From assembly GCA_047967505.1 (NCBI GenBank), contig CM106538.1: a stretch of DNA of 64,000 bases; one strand, 5' to 3'. The notes under the pieces are model-generated. The model was not told where the DNA came from and ran no database searches. It saw only the letters and a program-made list of their open reading frames with translations. A program made the position numbers and the translations under genes. Source of the stretch: Dipteris shenzhenensis (lineage: Eukaryota). Positions 52,500-64,000 of this stretch are shown one piece after another (within the stretch, counting starts at the first letter, position 1; every line of letters begins with the position of its first letter).

Positions 52500-54060
52500 A
52501 GCAAGTCTTGTGCCTCATTAAACGTTTTTTAAATTTAAAATTTTCACATTTTAAATTTTAAATGTCGTAATTCAAAAAAAATTAATAATTTACAAATGCA
52601 TTTCAAATTTATAAATACTTAAAAATTATTCCTATGAACGTTTTTTATTTAATAGAAAGAGCTCTATTTAACAAAAAAAAATCTCATTTCACATTTTAAA
52701 TAAAAAATGTCATAATTTACAAATTTCAAAAAAACATTAAAATGCATTATAAATTTTGAAAATTTTTATAATTTTCCTTATAAACTAAAATTTAATTAAA
52801 TTCTACCAAAAAGAAAATGCTACATTAAAAAAACAGAAATATAGAACTCCTAATTCAAAAATTTTAAAAAAATTTACAAATGCATTTCAAAATTATAATA
52901 TTTTATAATTATTAATATGAACGTTTTTTTAAAATACAATTTCATATAAAAAAGCTCTATTTTGAAAATACAATTTCATTTTCACATTTTAAATAAAAAA
53001 TGTCATAATTCATAAATTTCAAAAAAACATTATATTGCATTTCAAATTTAGAAAATTTTTATTATTTCTCTTTTAACCTAAAATTTTTTATTATTTCTCT
53101 TTTAAATTCTACCTCATAAAAAAAACAGAAATATTTAACATTTTCACATTTTTAATAAAAAAAGCCTCATTAAACGATTTTTAAATTTAAAAATTTCACA
53201 TTTTAAATTATAAATGTCGTAATTTAAAAATTAAAAAATAAAATTTACAAATGCATTTGAAATTTATAAATATTTTATAATTATTAATATGAACTTTTTT
53301 TATTTACTAAAAAAGGCTCTATTTAAAAAAAATAATTAATTTTCACATTTTAAATAAAAAATCTCGTAATTTATAAATTTAAGAAAAACTAAATTTATAA
53401 TGCATTTTATAATTTTTCTTATAAACTAAAATTTTAAATTACGTTTTTTAAAATTAAAATTTTCACATTTTAAATTATAAATGTCGTAATTTAATAATTA
53501 AAAAAAAAATTTTACAACTACATTTCAAATTTATAAATATTTTATAATTAACTGCAATCAACGTTTTTTTATTTACTAAAAAAAGCTCTATTTAAAAAAA
53601 AAAAAAATAATTTTCACATTTTAAATAAAAAATCTCGTAATTTATAAATTTAAGAAAAACTAAATTTATAATGCATTTTATAATTTTTCTTATAAACTAA
53701 AATTTTAAATTACGTTTTTTAAAATTAAAATTTTCACATTTTAAATTATAAATGTCGTTATTTAAAAATTAAAAAAAAAAATTTCAACTACATTTCAAAT
53801 TTATAAATATTTTATAATTAATAATATCAACGTTTTTTTATTTACTAAAAAAAGCTCTATTTAAAAAAAAAAAATAATTTTCACATTTTAAATAAAAAAT
53901 CCCGTAATTCATAAATTTCAGAAAAACATTAAAATTTCAGAAAAACATTAAAATGCATTTTATAATTTTTCTTTTAAACTAAAATTAAATCAAATTCTAC
54001 ATAAAAGAAAATGCTACATAAAAGAAAATGCTACATAAAAGAAAATGCTACACAAAAGAA
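52500..54060. repeat. Very AT-rich degenerate tandem repeat
   Basis: Recurrent TTTTCACATTTTAAA, AAAGCTCTATTT and ATGCATTT blocks; ends in (AAAAGAAAATGCTACAT) repeats. Confidence 0.85.
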
Positions 54061-54184
54061 AATGCCAACCTGGACTCTCCCGCTCCTGCTCCGTCCATCT
54101 CCGTCGAACTCCGTTCGTCGCTCTCCGTCGCTCGCGCTCTTCCGTCGAAGTCCGGCAAATCCGAAATCGGTGAATGAGGCAGAG

Positions 54185-54872
54185 CTCGATCGAGGTATGC
54201 GGAATGAGGGGGGTCGCTCTCCTTTTATAATAAAAATTAGGGTTTACCTACCTCGATCGAGGTATTCTTTGCATGCGCATACATCACGGTACATATACCT
54301 CGATCGAGGTATTGGCATGCCACGATACCTCGATCGAGGTATTCTTGACATAACCATGCATCTCGTTGGCATGCCACAATACCTCGATCGAGGTATTCTT
54401 TCCATGCGCATACATCCCGGCACATATACCTCGATCGAGGTATGGCCATGCCACGATACCTCGATCGAGGTATTGTGACATGCCCATACATCTCGGTACA
54501 TCCACGTCGATGGAGGTTTTGACATGCCACGATACCTCGATCGTGGTGTGTTGGCGGAAATGGGATGCCAAGTCATGTGTCCACGATACCTCGATCGAGG
54601 TATGTCATCCGCCCTGTTGGCCGCCCTTTCGGATGGCACATACCTCGATCGAGGTATGCTGGACATGCCACGTGACCTCGATCGAGGTTGAGCTGGATGG
54701 CCACAATACCTCGACGAGGTAGATGTGGCATGTGTAGCTGGCCTGCCAGCAAACCTCGATCGAGGTACAGGCTCGGTTCGGCAAAAAAGCTACGTACCTC
54801 GATCGAGGTATGGGCTAGGCTCGGTTGTGCTCGTGTGTGATTTTCATTGGAGCTTATACCTCGATCGAGGTA
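54185..54872. repeat. Right subterminal array of the palindrome TACCTCGATCGAGGTA (about 16 copies including degenerate ones)
   Basis: Copies spaced about 30-65 bp apart, often preceded by CATGCCACGA. Confidence 0.93.
54222..54229 (-). promoter_or_regulatory. Candidate TATA box for the RING cargo gene
   Basis: TATAAAAG on minus, next to a telo-box-like AAACCCTAA; followed by a GC-rich leader and ATG at 54098 with a GT donor at 54069. Confidence 0.35.
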
Positions 54873-56866
54873 TAGGAGACCGAAGCAAAACCTTTGTATT
54901 TTCACTCGAGCGGGTGTCACACTCACCCGAAAGTGGTCCGGAAGTGGACACCCTTAGCTTGCTACCTCCCTCAATACCACTTTCATTAGTTCTGCAAATT
55001 TGCCTGTGTGAGGCAAAAGCTGTATTTTTTATAGTGACAAAATTTTTTGCAGTGTTCTATAATGGCATCTGATTCTCTTTCACAGATTGTTACTGAAAAG
55101 TTTGACAAGAACAACTTCCAAGCATGGAAGTTTAGAATGACGAATTTCCTTATGGGAAAAGGCTATTGGGAGTTCATTATAGGAAATGAAGAAAAACCAG
55201 TTCTTCCTAATGTTCCCAATCAATAGGAAATGCAGGCATTTAAAGGATGGCATGAGAGAGCCAGAAAAGTTATGTATTGGCTGTCTATCAGTATTTCAGA
55301 TTCTATGATTGTGCATATTCAGGATGCAAGTATGCCAAAGGAGGCATGGGATACTTTAGCAAAAATGTACAGCACAAATATGCAAGCCAGGAAAATGCAA
55401 CTCAAGCAAGAGTTGCACAATATGCAGAGAGAAAATATAAGCTACCAAATGAAGGTGAAGAAAATTGCAAATGCACTTGCTTCCATCGGGTTGCCAGTGG
55501 AAGATGATGATTTGGTTTCTGTGACCTTGAATGGTCTAGGAAAGGATTATTCATAGTTTCAGACATCCATTGCCATCCGTGAAAAATTTCCTGATTTTGA
55601 GGAGTTGTTGCTCTTCTAATTTCTGAAGAGCAGAGAAATGGTGGTGCATCTTCTTCAGGAGGAACTTCAAAAGAAACTATCTTCTACTCAAATGCTGGAA
55701 GAGGTAGAGGCAGAGGTAGAGGTAGAGAAGGCTGATCTGGAGCCGTGGTAGAAATCAAAATATGCAGCAAACTCAAGAAAACTAGTCCTATGGAGGAGGA
55801 CATGGTAACTCTAGAGGCAGGGGGAGCCAAAGAGGCCGTGGTGGATGGCAGAGAGGTCAAAATGCAAACAGCAATGTTGAATGCTACTATTGTGGTAAAA
55901 TGGGTCATATGGCTAAAGACTGCTACAAAAAGCAGAATGACATCATGAATGGAAAATTGCAGCAAGGGAATTATGCATCTTCTAGTAGACAGGGTGATGA
56001 CAGAAATGAGCATCTGTTTATGGTGCAGCACATGACCAATTCTGTGACAAGTGCAAAAGAAAGAAATGATGTGTGGTATGTTGACTCAGGTGCATCAAAC
56101 CACATGACAGGTCATGCACAATGGATGCAGGATGCAAGGAAATTGGAAAGACCATGATTTGTGGAGACTGGTGATGATACTACACATCCTATTGTGCAGA
56201 TTGTTAAAATTCCTTTGTCTATGCAGGATGGGAAAAAGAAATACCTGTCTGATGTATTTCATGTCCCGAACATCACCAAGAACTTGGTTTCTGTTGGTCA
56301 AATGGTTGAGCAGGGGTTGCAGGTCAAATTTAATCCTCATGGATGCTTTGTTGAGGATATGAAAAATAACGGTCGCTTGATAGCAAAAGGAAAGAAGGGC
56401 AGGATGTTTACATTGGATGCGTACATGCCTGAATTGAGTGCAACAATGTTTGCACATGGGACCAGTGTAGTTGCAGATATTGATATCTGGCATAAACGCA
56501 TTGATCATGTTAATGTATAGCGACTTAAATCAATGCAAGCCCAAAATATTGTTGCAACATTGCCTGAATTCAAGGTTGCAGAAATGCATAAGGTATGTGA
56601 AGCCTGTCAATTTGGAAAACAGCCAAGCAAACCATTTTGTAGGCATGTTCAAGAGAGTAAGAAGTCATTGGAATTAATCCACTCTGATGTGTGGACTACT
56701 AAAGCTGCATCTATTGGAGGCTGTCATTATTTTGTCACTTTTATTGATGACTACAGCAAAAAAGTTTGGGTGCATTTTATGAAAAAGAAAAGTGAAGTGT
56801 TTGGGCACTTCAAAGATTTTAAAGCTATGGTTGAAAAAGAAATAGGCTTGCAAATAAAATGCCTAA

Positions 56867-59000
56867 CCTTCGAAATATAGCTGGTGCATTGGTCAACCCA
56901 AAAGGCATCACTCTGTAAGCAAAAACTCCCCAAGGTGTGACAAATGATGTTTTCTTTTGATCTTCCTCCTGAATACGATTTTGATAGTACCCAGAATACC
57001 CATCACATATAGAATACATCTCATGCCCTGCTACTTGGTCTAGTATTTCATCTTGGAATGGCAAAGGAAAATGATCCCTCTTAGTGCATGCATTCAAACG
57101 ACAAAAGTCCACACAAACCTGCCACTTATTTCCTTTCTTTGGTGTGACAACTACAGGAGATATCCATTTTGAATCATCAGTTTGAAAGATGAATCCCACC
57201 TCAAGTAGTTGAGTTTCCTCTTTCTTTAGTTCCTTAGCTTGGATCACCCCCATGTGCCTTAAGCGTTGCACAACTGGCTTTCTTTCTGGCTTCAACTCAA
57301 TCTTGTGCTCCACACGAGAGACTGGTCGAACCTGTGAGTAGTTTGTTGGCAAAGAGACATGGAGAATCATCCAACATATCCAAGTATTAGAGCTTCTCAC
57401 TACCTGATAGCGAATCACCAAGAAGCTCTTCATTGCATTGGCATCATTTAGTGTGCTCCACATCCTCCACATGAAGTGTCTCTACAGGATCTTCTTGTAC
57501 CATCACCTTGCTCCCTCCTAACTCATCCCGCCAATCAGCACCAAGACAAAGACCAAAGGCCACTCCTTCCACCTCACCCTCTAAGCTGGACTCCTCGGAG
57601 CTACACCCTGTCTCTTTTTTTATCGGTTAAGTCAGAGCTCGAACTCTTTGATGTTGAAGACTCCTCCTTGACAACTTCCCTTTTGCAAATTCTGATGTGG
57701 CAGCACACCTTCTTATCATTTCCCTACAAAATCAATCCTCCAGTATCCAACTTTTGAATAGCCTTCACCTTGTGTAGCCAAGGCCTTCCCAAAATCAATG
57801 GATAGGCACGTACATTTGGCTTGGTAGGGATGACTTGAAAAATTCCACATACATCCACTTCTAGATTCTTCACAACTCCTAAGGTCTTTACCCTAGTATT
57901 GCCAGCCAATTTGATGCGATAAGGAGAGGTAGTACTAGAGTATTTTAAATCAGCATCTATCATGGTCGTCTCACTTATGACATTAATTGATGCACCTCCA
58001 TCAATGTAAACATTAGAAATCACTTGACGACCATCAATGATCACATCAACCATAGATACATCATCACCAACATCTATATCTACCTTTTGAACAACAAGAA
58101 TGGCACTTTTCTTATTTTTCTTCTTTGACACTCTTGTGCTTGCTAGCTTTCCCCATTCTTTCTAGAGTTTTGGAGACAAAGTAAGTAATTGTCCAAAGGT
58201 GATATGAGCTTCCTTTTCTTTACGGTTAGACAACAAGTCATAATTTTGAATGTCTTGTCCTAAAGGAATGTCTGACTGGCTAATTCTCCTTCTAGATTCC
58301 CTCTTTTTCTTAATACGGTGTTCCTCTTCCTGATGTTCCTCATCCACTTCTTCCTTGCTTTCTTCTTCTTCTTTTGCTTTACCACACCCCCGTTTAGCCA
58401 TTACCTCTCTTTCCTCATCCCCTGAAGAAGCTTCTAACAAGGATACTTGTTTTTCTTCTTTCTTTCTCAATCTAGGACACTCGAGGTGAGAGTGACCTTT
58501 TTCATTACATTCATAGCAAGTGACCCCACTCTTATCTCGAGGCCTATCTTCACTCTTTAGTGCTCTAGGATGTCATGCATTAACCAAATGCAATTTCAAA
58601 TCAGCAAACTCTACTATCAATTAGGAGATATTATGATCTAACTCAGAGGACTTTGGTACCTGAGGAGTGCCCATTACCTCCACCTTAGAAGTTGAAGCTA
58701 TTGAAGACACAAAAGAGGATTCGATCTTTAGAGAAGCTTCTTTCTTGGTCGCAATGCCTCCACGTATGTTGTTGGATCTTTACTCATTACTTTTGAGCGA
58801 AGACGAGGCTCCAAAGCCATAACAAATTGGCTCATATTTAAGTGCTCCATCCCTACAAGACTTTGAGGGGCCGATGATGGAGATGCCATAGCTCACAAAG
58901 CTGCTTTTTCATACTTTGTCCATAAAGTTTGATATCGAATTGCCAACACAGAGACCATCTCACCCTCTCCTTGATAGAACCGGTCCAACTGCAACATCAA
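56867..59000 (-). mobile_element. Ty3/Gypsy gag knuckle, protease and RT N-terminal half, degenerate
   Basis: ORF 57724-58131 (YIDGGASINV...LILGRPWL); ORF 56825-57472 (VCVDFCRLN, DGYSGYYQ, MPFGLTNAP). Confidence 0.88.
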
Positions 59001-59299
59001 AGCATTTGGCAACTCCACTGCCCCAAATCTTTGCTTCATTACAACCACCACTTGGTCTCAGTCCTCCTTGGTAGAGTCCGGCAAGGCCTCATGCCAACTC
59101 AAGGTTACACCTTCAAGAAAATAAAAAAAAATCTCCACCCGATCCTTCATGGACAATCCAAAAAGCCAGCATCCTCGAAGAAAATCCCAAAGATAAGACT
59201 CGAGGTCTTCCCCTTGGGTCCCTCAAAACACTGAAATCTTCACCATGATGAAACACAAAAAGGAAACACCAAGATCTAAATAATATCCCAAACAAGATC

Positions 59300-61366
59300 C
59301 CACAGAGCCTTAGTATACCAAGACCAACTTATTATGTATAACCACTTGTTGAAAACCCTCCACAGTGTGATGCTCAACAAAATCTTCAAAAATAAGTGAC
59401 CAACTAGCACCATGAAAACATTGTATATACATGCATTCAAGAATTACCCTTGTCCACAATTGGAAGTGCACATAAAAGCTTCAAGATATTGTACTCTTCA
59501 TCATTTGCATAGCAAAAGCAGTCGAAAGCATTGAGAATCACCACTCCATTGTTATAGTCAAAACTACCCAAAGACTCAACTCTTCTTCACACCAAGCTGC
59601 CAGTGCATGAAACAATCATTGTGTCTATTGATGGCGTGGTCGATTCACCCACATATTCAAGAGTGCAAACATAAAGGATATGATCATGATGATCGTGCAA
59701 ATAGCTTGAGTATCACCTTCACAATCTTCTAGTTCTCTTAAACGGGATCTAATCTCTTCTAACGGAGTTCTTCGAGGCATCTTCTTTATCACATCAAAAA
59801 ACACATGCGTATACTAGGCATAACATGCAATCAAGTACACCTGAGACTGTTTAGTAAGGTGGGAGGAATCCAATCCCAAACGTACCCGATGTCTCCTCCA
59901 AAAAGATGTGACATGAAGTTGGGGTAATAAACTTCACGCACCTCTTCACTTCCTATTGCTTTCGAACTGAGTGTGATAGAGATATTCATCACTAGGAAAG
60001 GGACATTAAAAGAAGCTTTTACATCAAGAGACCACACCATACTATCCTCCCTTAGATGAGAATGAAGATGGCAACATACCAAGTGATGTTGTACTTAAGC
60101 ATAGGGAGAAGGAAAGGATCAGTGGAGGCCATAATCTCATCAAGCTGGTCTGCACCAAAGAAAAGAGCCATACGTTATTGAAAGAAGATCTTGTGGCTCA
60201 ACGTGACATGAATTGATATATATCAAGGAGTCTGAAGGGGCTGATTGGGTCAGATGGGTAGATTCCGGGGAAACATTGCACCTCCTTCATAGATACCGTT
60301 ACAATTAGCTCAAAATACTCTGCAAACTGTCATTAGATACAAAAGCCCATAACTTTCAGCAAAGACATGATATCAAATATTTAAACACTTATTGAGATGC
60401 TCCTTAAAATGTGCTTCACTTTGATATAAGTTTCGTAAGAAATAGAGAAGTGGTCAGAAAGATATGGCCAATTTATTGGACAAGAGTAAAAACTATCTGA
60501 AAAAGAAATAGTCACACATAGAGATTCATAGATTTTTGGTTTGACATTTAATATAATAAATTAAAACACATCATGATGCTCCTTGAAGAGAGCTTCACAT
60601 TGACATAAGTTTGATTCAAATTGGACCATCGAGCAGATAGTTATGAGCAAAATACTGACAGGGGGGCAAACTATCATGAAAAACACCTACTCCTTCTATT
60701 GGTGCTGACTTGAGAGAATACTACCTCCATGCTTAGACTTCATCAACGATCGAAGTCCCATGCAGGTCACCTAGGAGGGAAGAAAGACCCCCTTTATGGC
60801 TTGGGAAATAGATAAAGCATATATGCACAATGAGCATCCGAATAGACAACACTTCTGAGCACTTTGGAAGAGAAAGCAATGGAAAAAAAGGGAAGAGACA
60901 CTCAAGAGAGAGAACCTGAAGTGACCTTCATTACGAATAGAGTGAGACTCCACTCTAATGCAACTGAAAATACTATATGTCCACATCCTCCTTATTCCAC
61001 ATGGGAATTCTAGAAGGATTCCTCTTGACTCCACACTCCTTCACATGCCTTCCACATGCTTGGCATGTGGCCTCTCTTATATTATTGGAATGCATGGACA
61101 TGAGCCCACCTCTTTATATGACTCACTCTTCTTATTTTCTAAATATCCCATACACAAATAACTCTCACCCCATACCAAGGTATTTATCATTCATACACAT
61201 GGTATTTACAATGATCCATTCCAGTCATCCTCTCAATCCCATACAATATCTTAGAAAATAGAAATAAGTGAGAGTTGCTAGGCTATCACTTGATGCTCAA
61301 ACTCCTATCAAACATAGAAGAAAACAATACCACTGCCAAATAAAAATATCAATTTTTTGCGTCACA
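59300..61366 (-). mobile_element. Probable Gypsy LTR; left boundary uncertain
   Basis: Starts TGTGACGC at 61366 on minus directly after the PPT TAGGGGGGGAAAGA; non-coding; lies between the INT of one copy and the gag of another. Confidence 0.5.
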
Positions 61367-64000
61367 TCTTTCCCCCCCTAGCAAATCCTTTGTAGTGATA
61401 GAGAGGGTCTATTAGCCCTCAAGGTGGTCGAGCATAGAAGAATTTAAGGCGATACTCATTGGTGCATCCGGGTATCACCATGTGATCAACATCCTCAAGC
61501 TGATAGGTTCCATTGGTGAACTTCTTTTTGACTCAATATGGTCCCTCCCATTGGCTGATAAACTTTTTGTCTAGCCGCTTGTCCAAACGGCTATCAAATC
61601 TCTTGACCAAATCTCCTTCTGCAATACCTTTCTTCATGTGTAATTTGGTGTCAAAATGGGCCTTGTGCCTTTTTTGAGAAGCTTCCAAGTTTTATAAGAC
61701 CTATAATCTACATTCATCCAAGGCTTCTATCTGTACCAAAAGCATTGAGCATAGGCATCCTCCTATCCTTCTTTTCTTGCAACAGCGATGCGAAGATTCT
61801 CCAATTCAATGGGCAAAATGGCTTCTATTCCATACACTAGTTGGAATGGTGTAAACCCAATAGCTAGCTTGTGTGTGGTTCTTTAATCCCATAAAACGTG
61901 TGCCAAGTGCCTATCCCAATGCCTTTTCTTGGTGTCTACAAGCTTTCCCATTGAATTGCACAACAATCCATTTGTTTTCTCAACCAAGGCATTACATTAG
62001 GGATAGTATGGAATGGACATGCTATGATTTATCTTTAGCTCATGCACCACATCTTCAATTAATTCAATTCTAAAAGAGGTTCCTCCATCAGTGAGAATTT
62101 CCAAAGGACAACTAAAGCATGAATAAATTTGATCAAAGAGAAATTTTGCAACTGTGCTTGCCTTGCTATTGACTATGGCCTTGGCCTCTGCCCACTGAGT
62201 CATGTAATCTATGGCCACCAATAAATAATGCTTGGGAGTGGTCCCACAAAGTCCCACCCCCACCTCTCAAATGGTCCATATGCTAGAATATGCTTCAAGG
62301 GCCCAGGAATCAATTGTCACCTTCCAAACTTTTGGCATACTTTACAACTTCGACACCATTCATATACATCCTTATGGAGGTATGGCTAAAAGTAACTTGC
62401 ATTAAGAATTCTCCTAGCTATGCTTGCTGAAGCAATATGACCAGAGCATTCATGACACATTTCTAGGATTCTCCTAGTCTCCATGGGTTGGACCACCCCA
62501 TGGAGCACCTTGTCTTTTCCCAATTTATAAAGAATGTCACACACATTTTAGGGACAAGCCTTCCTTACCAATCTCTGCTTCTATTGTGGAGTTAACCCTC
62601 GAGGAAACATGCCTTCTTCCACATATTGATGAACATCTTGCAGTTCTGGCCATCCAGTGTCTACCAAAGAAACCACCCCCTGGTCTTGTACTACAATGTC
62701 TTGAGTAGCTAACTCATTTGTCCTTTGATTTTCCTTTCTGTTTATATGAACAAACTTGCAAAAATCAAATTGACTACATAGTGCCATAGCCTTTTGATTA
62801 AGCTCCTTCAAATGGGGACTTCTTATCTTGTAATGCCCTTGCATTTGCTTTATAATAAGTTGAGAATCTCCTCTTATTTCCAATTCTTTAACTTGACTTT
62901 GAAGACAACCCTCCAAACCAAGAATCAAAGCATTATACTTAGCTGCATTGTTAGTTGTGATACTTGGAAGCTCTTGTCCTCTTGCCCACACCTCTTGACC
63001 TTCAAAATCCATCAAGACTATCCCCCCGGATCCTTGTTGGCCTGAAGGACTAAAAGCCCCATCAAAATACAAGACAAAAGCTGTTGGTGGTGTCTCCATT
63101 TCATCATTAATGTCCTCCTTATATTTATTTTCTTCTCTTAGATCCTGCCATCCTATGAGCAAATCTGCCATAGTGGACCTAGTGGTATTTTCAGTGATAA
63201 AAGAGAAAGAGAACTCTTGAAGCTCTAACAACCATTTTGCAAATCTACCCCCAGGATTCGGCTTGCGAACTAGATATGGTAATACATACTGAGAGGTAAG
63301 GAAGAGGAATGGTCGAGCTAATAAATAGGAGCGAAACTTTCTGACTAAAAACACCAAAGAGAGGGCTTATTGCTCCATTTCTTCATACCTTGTTTTCACC
63401 TCTGTAAGCTGTTAGTTGGCATAATAGATGGGTTTGCATTCTACCTGGCTCTCCTTTTTATAGTAATATAGCACCAACTGAATGCAAAGATACACTTGGA
63501 TTTACATAAAAGTCTTGAGACCAATCATAAGGCTTCAATATTGGGCCTTACTCATGGCCTCCTTAAGTTGCTAAAAAGACTCTTGTTGCTCCACATCCCA
63601 TTGGAAAGAAACTCCTTTTCTTGTCAACAAGTTCATGGGATGCAATATCTCTATGAAATTATCACAAAAGCATTGATAATACTTGCTTTTTCCTAGAATT
63701 CTGTGAACACCAGTGACACTCTCAAGACTTGGCAACGCCATGATAGCTTGAACCTTGTCAGGATCCATTTATAGCCCTTCTTTAGACCCAATATGCCCCA
63801 AAAAGACTACTTTTGTTTGAGCCAAATGGCACTTGCTAGGATTTAGACATGCTTTTGCTTCATCAAAGGACATCTTTAACTTCTCCATGTGATCTATGCA
63901 TCGAGAATAAATGCAAAAATCATCCAAAAACACCCTTATGAACTTTCCCAAGTAAGGCTCAAGCACTTGACTCATGAACCTTTGAAATGTAGCTGGTGCA
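61367..64000 (-). mobile_element. pol: Tat-type Ty3/Gypsy pol: RT, RNase H, additional RNase H (aRH), integrase, PPT; degenerate
   Basis: FLDD at 63769-63975; ORF 62581-63357 with KWLLELQEF then YFDGAF...NNAAKYNAL...RGDSQL; integrase AIDYMTQWAEA...ILTDGG at 61997-62263. Confidence 0.88.

Larger units (their letters stand above)
37498..54970 (+). mobile_element. Giant TIR DNA transposon, Sola2-like, with two convergent genes
   Basis: 29-bp TIRs GGGA(A/G)GTAGCAAGCTAAGGGTGTCCACTT at 37498-37526 and 54942-54970 (1 mismatch); TCAA at 37494-37497 and 54971-54974; interrupts a Copia C leader; encodes a DDD transposase. Confidence 0.88.
36750..56866 (+). mobile_element. Copia C copy 4 (5' LTR, leader, gag, PR, start of INT), split by the giant DNA transposon and truncated
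   Basis: LTR 36750-37101; PBS 37102-37113; leader ...TGTGGTCAA at 37497 resumes as TACCACTTTC at 54975; gag, PR and INT ORFs 55230-56880. Confidence 0.92.

Noticed and set aside
54185-54872. CRISPR-like look of palindromic repeats with spacers
   Set aside because: The repeat is only 16 bp, spacers are irregular and resemble each other, there are no cas genes, and the context is a eukaryotic transposon
54011-55072. Overlapping ORFs with YLDRG/TSIEV/PRSRY repeats
   Set aside because: They are translations of the stop-free palindrome array in several frames

Overview
Plant-type nuclear, transposon-saturated DNA with no ordinary host gene recognised. A non-seed plant such as a fern is a guess only. 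(1) 2114-30362 is a nest of LTR retrotransposons. The outer element is Ty1/Copia 'B' (minus, TSD CTTTT). Its 3' LTR holds Copia 'C1' (TSD CCGGG), which carries a MULE-like insert (9-bp TSD) containing a MITE. Its integrase holds Copia 'D' (TSD GCCTC), which contains a C-family/Gypsy block and a non-autonomous LTR element 'A' (TSD AGACT). (2) 30363-37497 is a mosaic of rearranged Copia fragments, including a gag-only element. (3) The highlight is 37498-54970, a ~17.5-kb (about 15 kb net) TIR DNA transposon inserted into a Copia leader, with 29-bp TIRs and a 4-bp TCAA TSD. It encodes an apparently intact, intron-containing ~940-aa Sola2-like DDD transposase and a convergent cargo gene for a coiled-coil plus RING-H2 protein. 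Each gene lies next to an array of the 16-bp palindrome TACCTCGATCGAGGTA. The two genes are separated by a satellite whose monomer acquired plant telomere repeats. The RING gene is disrupted by a very young copy of element A whose LTRs look identical. (4) 56867-64000 holds Tat-type Gypsy sequences with an additional RNase H. Family letters A-E are my own labels. Superfamily calls come from motif recognition without database searches.
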